Assembly: GCF_000017845.1 (NCBI RefSeq)
Contig: NC_010546.1
Location: 2,910,001 to 2,942,000 of the forward strand
DNA: 32,000 nucleotides
Direction of reading: 5' to 3'
Source: Crocosphaera subtropica ATCC 51142
GTDB lineage: Bacteria > Cyanobacteriota > Cyanobacteriia > Cyanobacteriales > Microcystaceae
Numbering within the stretch: position 1 is the stretch's first letter; each line of letters opens with the position of its first letter. Under the pieces are notes generated by a model that was not told the origin of the DNA, ran no database searches, and saw only the letters and a program-made list of their open reading frames with translations. Below are positions 1 to 8,472 of this stretch, piece after piece. A program made the position numbers and the translations under genes.

Positions 1-1305
1 TGTGTCCACATCCGGTCCAGTTGTCCCTTTGAAGGCCACTTGAGAACCACTGATCCCTAAAAAGGCAGAAGAACGCCATCTGGCCAGTTCCCCATCTTCC
101 TCATTTTCTGAACCAGGAACTCGGCCCGAAAAATTCCAAAAGACAAAGGTAGAAAAATCATCCCCTGTTTCTGCAATTAAACGAGTTTCCAGGGTATCAA
201 CATCGGTAACAAAAATCCCTTGATTCACCGATACCTCAAACTCAAACATCCCATTCCCGATACCATTGGGATTATCAGGGTTATCCGATTCTTCTAAACA
301 AAATTGTAGCCGTTCTTGATTACCTTCTTCGGGACAAGCCACAATTTGGGTAAAGGTTTCGTCTCCCCAGTCTCCCCAAAAGGCCACAGACTTACCATCA
401 AAAGATAATCCTTCTCCAATAGATTTTAAACCCCCTGGCACTAAATTCCCTAATCCCCCAATATTGACTAAAGGAATCAATTCGGTGGGATCATCCAATA
501 AAGAGGATAAATAAATGCCACCTAAAGTGGGATCAGCTTCATTATCCACCCCCACGAATACCGCTTTATCCTTCGTTGCACTGGGGGGTGCAGTAGAACC
601 AAATTCCGTTGCTGTACCAGGGATAAGGGTATTACTATCAGCAATAAACTGAACGGGAGACAGTCCCCCATTATCTAATAGGTTACGAAAATAAACCCCC
701 GTTTGGGGATTTCCTAAATCATCAGTCCAATTTCCTTTAAATACTAGGGTGTCTCCCATTGTGATGGTTGGAGAACCGGGAAACTGGTCAAACTTGGTAC
801 CTGGGGTGGTTCCTGGGACGCTAAATAAGTCAAATCCTGCGATCGCCCCCAATTGATTCACTGCGGTACTGAGTCCCCCTAGGTTGGTATACACCCCCGA
901 AGTCCCTAACATAGTGCCATCTTCTAGTTGCCAAACGGGACTAGATTGACCCCGTGACACCACTCGGTTACTGTTCCTATCGATACGAGGGAAGGAGGGA
1001 AACTCCGTAAAGGTGGCCATAGTATTGTTAGGAGAGGGTACTTCTTGGCCACGGGTCATAATGGGGATAATCGGAGCAATAATATCACTATTCATGTTAC
1101 GGGTAAAAATTCCGGTTGCCCGTTGTCCACCTCCCCCTTGACTGCGGGCCCGAAACACCACCGTTCCCTGATTATTTACAGAAGGGGGATTATAACTATT
1201 AAACAATCGATCTGTGTTGGGGACAAAATCTCCATTATTAACCACGGTATCAAAGTTAAAAGTACCGGCTTTGGCAACTGTTTCTAAATTGAGTAAACAA
1301 GCCAA
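1..1305 (-). CDS. Partial repeat protein (runs off the left edge). It shows recurring G-x-x-[VA]-F-x-[GA] strand motifs and may belong to the choice-of-anchor NxxGxxAF tandem-repeat or propeller-like surface proteins.
   Basis: My own translation of the minus strand is open from the window edge to 1305 (435 codons), which the ORF track omits because the ORF is edge-truncated. An in-frame TAG lies just upstream and the only canonical start is TTG at 1303-1305. Repeated motifs include NNQGTVVFRA, MGDTLVFKG, KDKAVFVG, DGKSVAFWG and GSQVAFKG. The product family is recalled from memory only. Confidence 0.7.
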   Translation of the reverse strand, partial: MACLLNLETVAKAGTFNFDTVVNNGDFVPNTDRLFNSYNPPSVNNQGTVVFRARSQGGGGQRATGIFTRNMNSDIIAPIIPIMTRGQEVPSPNNTMATFTEFPSFPRIDRNSNRVVSRGQSSPVWQLEDGTMLGTSGVYTNLGGLSTAVNQLGAIAGFDLFSVPGTTPGTKFDQFPGSPTITMGDTLVFKGNWTDDLGNPQTGVYFRNLLDNGGLSPVQFIADSNTLIPGTATEFGSTAPPSATKDKAVFVGVDNEADPTLGGIYLSSLLDDPTELIPLVNIGGLGNLVPGGLKSIGEGLSFDGKSVAFWGDWGDETFTQIVACPEEGNQERLQFCLEESDNPDNPNGIGNGMFEFEVSVNQGIFVTDVDTLETRLIAETGDDFSTFVFWNFSGRVPGSENEEDGELARWRSSAFLGISGSQVAFKGTTGPDVDT

Positions 1306-1532
1306 ACTTATCAGACGCTATTTTTGGCCTCGACGATGAGTTTTACAAAGAAGATGAACGTCGCCAACAAAGGGGAAGAGGACAAGAAGATAAATTAATT
1401 GGTATTTCTGGGGTTTCTCTTAATCTCCCATCCTCTGATTCCATTACCAACCTTTCAAATCCCACAGTTCCGATTATTCCTGAAACAGAGAAAGAAGACC
1501 ATCTCATCAGGGATGATGAAGAAGATGTCCTG

Positions 1533-3128
1533 TTGACCCCATCCACCTCAAAAGGTTTTAGCGGCCAGGGTAAAGGGAATAATCAAGGAAAAGGAAAATT
1601 CTTTGACATAACTGCGAGTGAGGAAGATAGCCGGGACAGCCATCAAGACAGTGAGTCTGAGGATGGTATGGGTGGCCCTCCTGTTGGCCGAGGCCCTTCT
1701 AGCGATCACGGTAGCGAAAAGTCTCAAAAACCTGATAATATCGGTGGCCCTCCTGTCGGTCGAGGCCCGTCTAGTGATCACGGTGGCGAAGAATCTGAAG
1801 AACCCGCCGGAAATAATCTGTCCTTCCCTGTTATTTGGGGAGATGGGGTCGATATTTTTGGTAATAGTGGTAGTGGACTTGTTAGCTACAGTTATTCTAT
1901 GGCTGATACTGTAGAACCCTGGTATTTATCGGTTTCTGAAACCGATCAAGATGTAGTAGAATCTCCCGGACCCTTTGCATTGCTAGACAGTCCTAATCTA
2001 GAAATTGGTACGGTTTCTCAAAGTCTACCGTCACCCGAACCAGGACAACTGGTTTATCAGGCCGGCCCTCAACAAACCCCAGGATTAAAATGGCAAGCTG
2101 AAAACTATTATGGTCTTTGGGATGGTGGTGTGGATGTGATTGATGTGGGGGATAACTTAGAAGCAAAAGCTTGGAATACTCGTTCTGTGGTTCGGGTTGA
2201 GTTCCAACTGTTTGAAGCGTTAGGAGATCATGTCGAAGAACCTGACTCAATGCAAGGGTTCAAGATGGTTCACCTTGAAGAACAAGGCCCCGAAGAACTT
2301 TGGGGGGCAGTAACTCATCCTGGAGGTGAACCGATCCTAGCACAAATGCAGTATGCAACGGTTTACACTGAAAATGCCAGAATAGCTATTCAAGCATTAA
2401 ACATCTCTCGTAACGATTTAGTGCCTCAACCTAACCAACCTAACTTGTTAGAATTTAATACGACGACAGGACTTTGGGAAAATAATTCTAGTTTCAATTA
2501 CATTGATGAAACAAACCTCATCAATGCTTATGAAGGTGGTGACGAAAGTGAAGCATCCCAGGCTTCTGCGGAACTGAATGTAAAAGGAATGACCATCTTT
2601 GGCTATAATTTCCAAGTTAATAAAATGGTTCGTGACGAATTAATTGGTGACTTTGAATTAGTCGATGATGATCCCAATAGTATGTATTACGGGCAAAAAT
2701 ACCAAGATTTCCGTATTACTTTTAGTATCTCTCCTAAAGCTTATACAGAGTTAGCTGATCATGTAACCATCAAGGAAGAAGAAACCACAGAAATAACGCT
2801 TCTTTCTGACTCTGAAGAAGGAGAAGATACAGGAGTTAATTTACAAGGAGGAATCACGGGTATTAGTGGAGACGATGACCTCGTTTACGTTGATGTTCGT
2901 ATTTATGAAGGTAAGGGCGGTGGTAGTCGTCGTCCTCTTGACACTGGGGAAATAGGTGATAATGCGATCGCTAGTTTTGCAGATGAAATTGAAACCGACA
3001 TTTATTCTGGTTCTAATGTCATGGGAGTTGATTCTAATATTAATCAACAAGGCGATCTCGCTTTAGTTCCCAATACCAATGAGTCCCTCGAAAATCTGTT
3101 GACTGTTCCTGATGTTGCGATCGCTTAA
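1533..3128 (+). CDS. Hypothetical acidic, low-complexity protein with an N-terminal 24-aa tandem repeat (GGPPVGRGPSSDHG...).
   Basis: 531-aa ORF with a TTG start. It is D/E/S/G-rich and I recognise no catalytic motif. The frame stays open for 80 further codons upstream (1293-1532) with no ATG, GTG or TTG. Confidence 0.7.
   Translation: MTPSTSKGFSGQGKGNNQGKGKFFDITASEEDSRDSHQDSESEDGMGGPPVGRGPSSDHGSEKSQKPDNIGGPPVGRGPSSDHGGEESEEPAGNNLSFPVIWGDGVDIFGNSGSGLVSYSYSMADTVEPWYLSVSETDQDVVESPGPFALLDSPNLEIGTVSQSLPSPEPGQLVYQAGPQQTPGLKWQAENYYGLWDGGVDVIDVGDNLEAKAWNTRSVVRVEFQLFEALGDHVEEPDSMQGFKMVHLEEQGPEELWGAVTHPGGEPILAQMQYATVYTENARIAIQALNISRNDLVPQPNQPNLLEFNTTTGLWENNSSFNYIDETNLINAYEGGDESEASQASAELNVKGMTIFGYNFQVNKMVRDELIGDFELVDDDPNSMYYGQKYQDFRITFSISPKAYTELADHVTIKEEETTEITLLSDSEEGEDTGVNLQGGITGISGDDDLVYVDVRIYEGKGGGSRRPLDTGEIGDNAIASFADEIETDIYSGSNVMGVDSNINQQGDLALVPNTNESLENLLTVPDVAIA
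1671..1800 (+). repeat. In-frame tandem duplication with a 72-nt period (24 aa), inside the 1533-3128 CDS.
   Basis: ggtggccctcctgttggccgaggcccttctagcgatcacggt... at 1671 recurs at 1743 as ggtggccctcctgtcggtcgaggcccgtctagtgatcacggt... Confidence 0.85.
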
Positions 3129-3278
3129 TTTATAATCTTGGTCTTGGGTAGACACAGTCTACCCAATTTTCTCGTCTTGAAAATAGAAACAGTCTCGTTA
3201 AAACATTGTAAGAGTCCTGAAAAGTAGAACTATAGCATGATAGGTTGGCTTTACCACTACATAAGAGCAACCGAGAAC

Positions 3279-6188
3279 ATGGCCGATCTCCTCGTCTACT
3301 TCAAGCGTCCTAACTCATGGCAACAAACGATTAATATTTACTATTGGGATACCAGTCCATCTTCTGAGTCAATATCTTGGCCAGGGGTTGCTATGACAGA
3401 CGAAGGCAATGACTGGTATAGCTATCGCTTCTCAGGCGTGGACAAGGCTACTTTAATTTTTAATGATGGCCAGGGGAAACAAACCAGAGACTTACAACGG
3501 GAGGAAGACGGTTGGTACTTCAATAATAAATGGTACGATCGCAACCCCGAAACCCCTATCACTCCTCTCGTCGTTCATTTTAAACGACCCACATCCTGGC
3601 AGCAAACTGTTAATATTTACTACTGGAACGCCAGTCCATCTTCTGAGTCAGTATCTTGGCCAGGGGTTGCTATGACAGCAGAAGACAATGACTGGTATCG
3701 CTATGATTTCTCAGAAGTAGACACAGCTAATATTATTTTCAATGATGGAAGTTCGAGACAAACAGATAACTTAAGACGAAATAGAGAAGGGTGGTTTTTC
3801 AATAATAGTTGGTACGACCAAAACCCCCAACGGCCTGATATTCCTGTTATTACTGTTATGCCAAAAGGGGCAACTTATCAAGAGTCTCAGCATATCACCC
3901 TGATCAGCAGTAACCCAGATGATGCTATTTACTATACAACCGATGGCACAACACCCACCATTGAATCAAACCTCTATCAACAACCTATTCTAATCGAAAC
4001 TAACACGACTTTGCGCTGTATTGGACGTAACGCATTGGGAGAAATGGGGGCTATTTTTGAATTTATTTATACCATTGATCCCAACGCAGACTTTAGAAAA
4101 CCCACCATTACAGCGAGTGAAGACTCAGGCAACTATCAAGAAGCGATCTCCCCTCGCTTTACCATTACCGATCCCCGTGAAACCCCCATTATTGCTTACT
4201 ATACCAACGATGGCACAGAACCCACCACCCACAGTAATATTTACGTTCAAGGAAACGCCATCAATGGGTTAACGGGGCCAAAAATGATCCTAGACACCAC
4301 CACCAATGTGAGATTTTTGATCATTGATGGTGCCGGCAATGAAACCTATGCAGACTTTTACTACAGTGTGGGGAGTCAAGTGGAAGAGGGAGATTTTCGA
4401 GCAGAAACCATCTATTTTCTCATTACCACTCGCTTTTATGACGGTGATCCCAGTAATAACTTTTTCTGTCGCGATCGCATCAAGTTTAACGCAGCCGGGG
4501 AAGCAGAAGATCCTCACTGGAGAGGGGACTTTAAAGGATTAATTCAAAAATTAGACTATATCAAAGACTTAGGGTTTACCGCTATTTGGATCACACCTCC
4601 CATCGAAAATAGAAGCGGTTTAGACTATCATGGTTATCATGGTTATGATTGGACAAAGATCGATCCTCGTTTAGAGTCACCCGATGCCACCTATCAAGAT
4701 TTAATCAACGAGGCCCACGCTAGAGGCATCAAAATTATACAAGATGTGGTGGTTAACCATTCCTGTCAATACGGTATCAGGGGCAAAGTTTGGATCGATC
4801 ATCTCCCCATTAAATATTTTGTCCCCCAAGGATCACAACAGGGACAGGTTAACTATGGACCCTATCAAGGCAACTTAGGCAACTATCAAAGCGAGTTCAA
4901 AGAGGATAATGATAACCCGGTGGCCCCTGACTGGTTCAAAGAAAGACAAACTTCTGATGCTGAGGGAGTCGTACCCTTAGTTGATCCCCTGACCGGGGAA
5001 ACCGTTCCCAAAGAAGGCTATAACCCTAACCGCTTTTTTGGTATCGATGCCAATAATCTTGACCCCGAATGGTATCATCAAGACGGGTTTATGGCCGGGG
5101 GAGACTGGGAAAATGTTTCCATCCAAACCAAACATTTAGCCGGGGATACCATCGACTTGGCTACAAGACGAGACAATGTGAAAGATTATCTCATCAATGC
5201 CATTTGTCGCTATTTAGATATGGGAGTGGATGCGCTACGCATCGACACCGTGAAGCACGTTGAGCGCAATAATTTATTAGAATATATCAATGCTTGGAAA
5301 ACCCATAAACCAGGTTTATTTGTCTTTGGGGAAAACCTGGTGAAAGGGACCGGATGGGGTGATTTATTTGGCGACGATAATGCACCCTCGTTTTTGCGGC
5401 CTTGGTGGTACACTCGTTTAGGAGATGATCCCAAAGATCCGAACTCTGGGGAAGACTCTGGTTTCTCGGTGTTAGATTTTTCTTTGTTTTCTACCTTTCG
5501 GGATAATGTCAGTCGGGGAAGTTTTAGCGGTATTGGGGCTATTTTAGCCAATGACTGGGTTTATGGGGATGCCACCACCTTAGTCACCTTCTTACAAAAC
5601 CATGATGTGGGGCCTGATAATGACTTTCGCTTTCGTTTCCAAGGCAACACAGAATGGGCTGCTGCTACTTATAATTTGTTATGGACTATAAGAGGTATTC
5701 CTTGTCTCTATTTTGGGGAAGAAATCGAATTTATGAAAGGAAAACCCCAGGATATTATCGGTAATGATGATACGTTAGATGAGACAGGAAGGGCTTATTA
5801 TGGACCCCATCTCGAAGACGATACCATTCAAACCACCCAAAGCCATCCACTGTATCAACATATTAAACGCTTAAACCTCATTCGTAGTTGTATTCCGGCT
5901 TTACAAAAAGGGACAATGAGTCAGGTGAATGAGTGGGGAAATGCCATGAGTTTTGTGAGAGAAGATCAAGCTAGTAATAGTTATGTTGCAGTGGGTTTAA
6001 CCATTGGTAGTGAACAACAAATTACCATTAATAATGTCAAAAATGGGATATATTGTGATGCAGTAACCGGTAAAAAGATCGATGTGAATAATAATACCCT
6101 TTCTTTTCTGGTTCGGGCCAATTCAGCCGGTATTTATGTCTTAAATGGAGAAGGAAAAATAGGAGAAGATGGAGTTTATTTAACCTAA
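3279..6188 (+). CDS. GH13 alpha-amylase-family glycoside hydrolase with two N-terminal starch-binding (CBM25/26-like) modules and two chitobiase/Fn3-like (YYTTDGTTPT-type) modules.
   Basis: All four GH13 signature regions are present: DVVVNHS, GVDALRIDTVKHV, FVFGEN and FLQNHD. The N-terminus holds two 93-aa modules (WPGVAM...NDWY...IFNDG..QT). The ORF opens at 3237, but the ATG at 3279 (MADLLVYFKRP) starts directly at the first module. No hydrophobic signal peptide follows either start. Confidence 0.9.
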   Translation: MADLLVYFKRPNSWQQTINIYYWDTSPSSESISWPGVAMTDEGNDWYSYRFSGVDKATLIFNDGQGKQTRDLQREEDGWYFNNKWYDRNPETPITPLVVHFKRPTSWQQTVNIYYWNASPSSESVSWPGVAMTAEDNDWYRYDFSEVDTANIIFNDGSSRQTDNLRRNREGWFFNNSWYDQNPQRPDIPVITVMPKGATYQESQHITLISSNPDDAIYYTTDGTTPTIESNLYQQPILIETNTTLRCIGRNALGEMGAIFEFIYTIDPNADFRKPTITASEDSGNYQEAISPRFTITDPRETPIIAYYTNDGTEPTTHSNIYVQGNAINGLTGPKMILDTTTNVRFLIIDGAGNETYADFYYSVGSQVEEGDFRAETIYFLITTRFYDGDPSNNFFCRDRIKFNAAGEAEDPHWRGDFKGLIQKLDYIKDLGFTAIWITPPIENRSGLDYHGYHGYDWTKIDPRLESPDATYQDLINEAHARGIKIIQDVVVNHSCQYGIRGKVWIDHLPIKYFVPQGSQQGQVNYGPYQGNLGNYQSEFKEDNDNPVAPDWFKERQTSDAEGVVPLVDPLTGETVPKEGYNPNRFFGIDANNLDPEWYHQDGFMAGGDWENVSIQTKHLAGDTIDLATRRDNVKDYLINAICRYLDMGVDALRIDTVKHVERNNLLEYINAWKTHKPGLFVFGENLVKGTGWGDLFGDDNAPSFLRPWWYTRLGDDPKDPNSGEDSGFSVLDFSLFSTFRDNVSRGSFSGIGAILANDWVYGDATTLVTFLQNHDVGPDNDFRFRFQGNTEWAAATYNLLWTIRGIPCLYFGEEIEFMKGKPQDIIGNDDTLDETGRAYYGPHLEDDTIQTTQSHPLYQHIKRLNLIRSCIPALQKGTMSQVNEWGNAMSFVREDQASNSYVAVGLTIGSEQQITINNVKNGIYCDAVTGKKIDVNNNTLSFLVRANSAGIYVLNGEGKIGEDGVYLT
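3288..3845 (+). repeat. Tandem 279-nt (93-aa) duplication encoding the two starch-binding modules.
   Basis: The stretch 3352-3400 matches 3631-3679 with 48 of 49 identical nucleotides (ccagtccatcttctgagtca[a/g]tatcttggccaggggttgctatgacag). Flanking codons are more diverged. Confidence 0.9.
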
Positions 6189-6189
6189 A

Positions 6190-6334
6190 TTCAACGGAAG
6201 AGAATCTAGGAAAAACTGATATGAAATCTCTTTGAATACTATACTTGATAGTACGGTAAGCAGAGTAAGCAGTAGTTTCAAACACCTACTGATCTCGTAA
6301 AAAAAGACTTAACTCCTAACCCCGAACTCACGTT
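6190..6334 (+). repeat. Copy A of a dispersed intergenic element (possible sRNA gene or MITE-like repeat).
   Basis: The 5' block ttcaacggaagagaatctaggaaaaactga (6190-6219) is about 90% identical to 14207-14236. The 3' block is three AACTC-type heptamers plus cgtt (taactcc taacccc gaactca cgtt, 6310-6334), matching 14284-14308. Confidence 0.6.
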
Positions 6335-6350
6335 TAATGAGTTTTGAATT

Positions 6351-8330
6351 TTAAATGGGAGAAGACATAGGTTCAAAAATATGTAAGCGAAAATGATGAG
6401 ATAATTCCTCACAAACTTTAATTCCTCGAATACTATTCCCCCGTTTATCAAGGGGAGGAGAAAACACCCCAATTCCCATAACTCCTGGAACCACGGCTAA
6501 AATGCCACCTCCTACACCACTTTTAGCTGGAAATCCCACTTTATAGGCCCATTCTCCCGCAAAATCATACATTCCACAGGTAAACATAACACTGAGTAAA
6601 TCTTTAATATAGTCAGGATCAATGGCTTGTTTTCCCGTCATAGGATTCCTTCCATTATTCGCCAAGGTTGCGGCCATAATCGCTAAATCACGGCAATCAA
6701 TTATTACAGAACATTGTTGTAGATACAGTTGTAGGGTTTCTTTAATATCACCAGAAATCATGCCAAAATTTCGTAATAAATAGGAAATTGCCCAATTGCG
6801 ATCGCCTTTAGTTTGTTCTGAAACCACCGCCCCAGTATCCACATAAACAGGATGGCCAATGTATTGTTGATACATTTTTAAAATACGATTCAGCTTATGA
6901 GCCGGACTTTTACCTTTAATTAAATTAGTAATAGCGATCGCCCCTGTATTGACCATTGCATTGTAGGGACGTTTAGAATTTTCTTCTACTTTAATAATCG
7001 AATTATAAGCATCTCCAGTGGGTTCGACATCAACGGTTTTTAAAACATAGTCTCTGCCATGATCCTCTAAAGCTAAACCATAGGCAAACACTTTAGAAAT
7101 AGACTGGATTAAAAAAGACTGTTCTACATCCCCAACCCCATAAAATTGTCCATCAGTAGTAACAATACAAATAGAAAACCAGTTCGGATCAATTTCTACG
7201 ATATCAGGTTCGCTCACATAAATATTGCCTTCATCAAGAGGTAAATACTTTTCATATAAATAGTCTAAAAAATTAGTAATCGATGGGGATTGTGATGAGA
7301 AAAGAAAGGGTTTATCTTTCTCTTTTTGTTGAGGATCTATTATATGAATTTGATCAAAAATATGGAGTTGAAACTGTTGAGAAAGTTCTTGAAAAATTTT
7401 CACCCCTCGTACACTTTTTTTATGTTCTCCCAAGGGAGGAGAAAAGACAGCAATCCCCATTTGATGGGGAACAATCCCAACAATTGCCCCTGATAAACCA
7501 CTTTTAGCCGGTAATCCTACTTGATAAGCCCATTGACCCGAAATTTGATATAGTCCACTGCTGTACATCACACTCATTAAACTTTTAGCATAATTAAGAT
7601 TTAACGCCCTTTCCCCTGTAATGGGATTTAAACCCGCATTGGCTAAAGTAGCAGCCATTAAAGCTAAATCTTGACAATTAACCAACACCGAACATTGTTG
7701 AAAATAGAGATCCAAAACCTCCTCAATTTTCTCTTCAATTACGCCAAAACTAAGCATCATATAAGCGATCGCTCGATTCCAATTATCCCTGGTTTTTCGT
7801 GACCAAAAGATAGATTGATCCACTTGAACATCCCGACCAAAATAGCCTCGAAACATAGCAAGTAATCGCTGCTGACGGTCTTCTAAGGTCTTTCCTTTGA
7901 CTAAACTGGTGGTAGTAATAGCACCAGCATTAACCATAGGATTATATTTTCTTTCTTGAATTTCGTCAGGATCAATAATGTCATTAAACGGTTCTCCGGT
8001 AGGTTCGACTCCAATTTTATTGAGAACATACTCCCATCCCCAGTCCTCTAAAACCATGCCATAAACTAGGGGTTTGGCAATGGATTGTATGGTAAATAAG
8101 TCTGAAGTATCCCCAATACTATAAATTTTTCCTTGGGTGGTAACAATGGTAATTGCCAGTAAATCAGGATTAACCTTAGCTAATTCAGGAATATAGTCAG
8201 CATTTTGTCCTTCTTTAAGGAGAAAATAGCGTTGGTACAAATCCTCAAGAAATGCTGAACAGGACTCGCTGAAGAAAGGATCGTCAGGAGATAAATGTGA
8301 CCAAGTTTTTGAGTTGCTAGGGGATGTCAT
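6351..8330 (-). CDS. glsA: Fused tandem glutaminase: two complete glutaminase (GlsA-type, serine-dependent beta-lactamase fold) domains in one polypeptide.
   Basis: The 659-aa product contains the glutaminase signature set twice, offset by 327 aa: ADYIPELA/IQSIAK/NPMVNAGAI/LPAKSG at aa 27-325 and IQSISK/NAMVNTGAI/CGMYDFAGEWAYKVGFPAKSGVGGGI at aa 353-652. Each half ends with ...LHIF. The two halves also align at the DNA level (for example 6519 against 7497). Confidence 0.9.
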   Translation of the reverse strand: MTSPSNSKTWSHLSPDDPFFSESCSAFLEDLYQRYFLLKEGQNADYIPELAKVNPDLLAITIVTTQGKIYSIGDTSDLFTIQSIAKPLVYGMVLEDWGWEYVLNKIGVEPTGEPFNDIIDPDEIQERKYNPMVNAGAITTTSLVKGKTLEDRQQRLLAMFRGYFGRDVQVDQSIFWSRKTRDNWNRAIAYMMLSFGVIEEKIEEVLDLYFQQCSVLVNCQDLALMAATLANAGLNPITGERALNLNYAKSLMSVMYSSGLYQISGQWAYQVGLPAKSGLSGAIVGIVPHQMGIAVFSPPLGEHKKSVRGVKIFQELSQQFQLHIFDQIHIIDPQQKEKDKPFLFSSQSPSITNFLDYLYEKYLPLDEGNIYVSEPDIVEIDPNWFSICIVTTDGQFYGVGDVEQSFLIQSISKVFAYGLALEDHGRDYVLKTVDVEPTGDAYNSIIKVEENSKRPYNAMVNTGAIAITNLIKGKSPAHKLNRILKMYQQYIGHPVYVDTGAVVSEQTKGDRNWAISYLLRNFGMISGDIKETLQLYLQQCSVIIDCRDLAIMAATLANNGRNPMTGKQAIDPDYIKDLLSVMFTCGMYDFAGEWAYKVGFPAKSGVGGGILAVVPGVMGIGVFSPPLDKRGNSIRGIKVCEELSHHFRLHIFEPMSSPI

Positions 8331-8472
8331 GTTGATAAAATCTCTGGGTTATGGTTACTTTATAGAAGTTTTTTCAAGCCTTATGTACAAAGTCACAACA
8401 AAAGAGTAACCTACTAAAGGAACCAGAATCTTAACGAAATTTATCACGCTTTAGGGCGATTATTATTGTTTA

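Noticed and set aside
1045-1287. An 80-aa plus-strand ORF, along with other long antisense ORFs such as 1548-1781, 1618-1914, 5210-5551, 10096-10419, 11833-12027, 18404-18610 and 23351-23557.
   Set aside because: Each lies entirely inside, and antisense or out of frame to, a much longer ORF with clear family signatures. This is typical of shadow ORFs.
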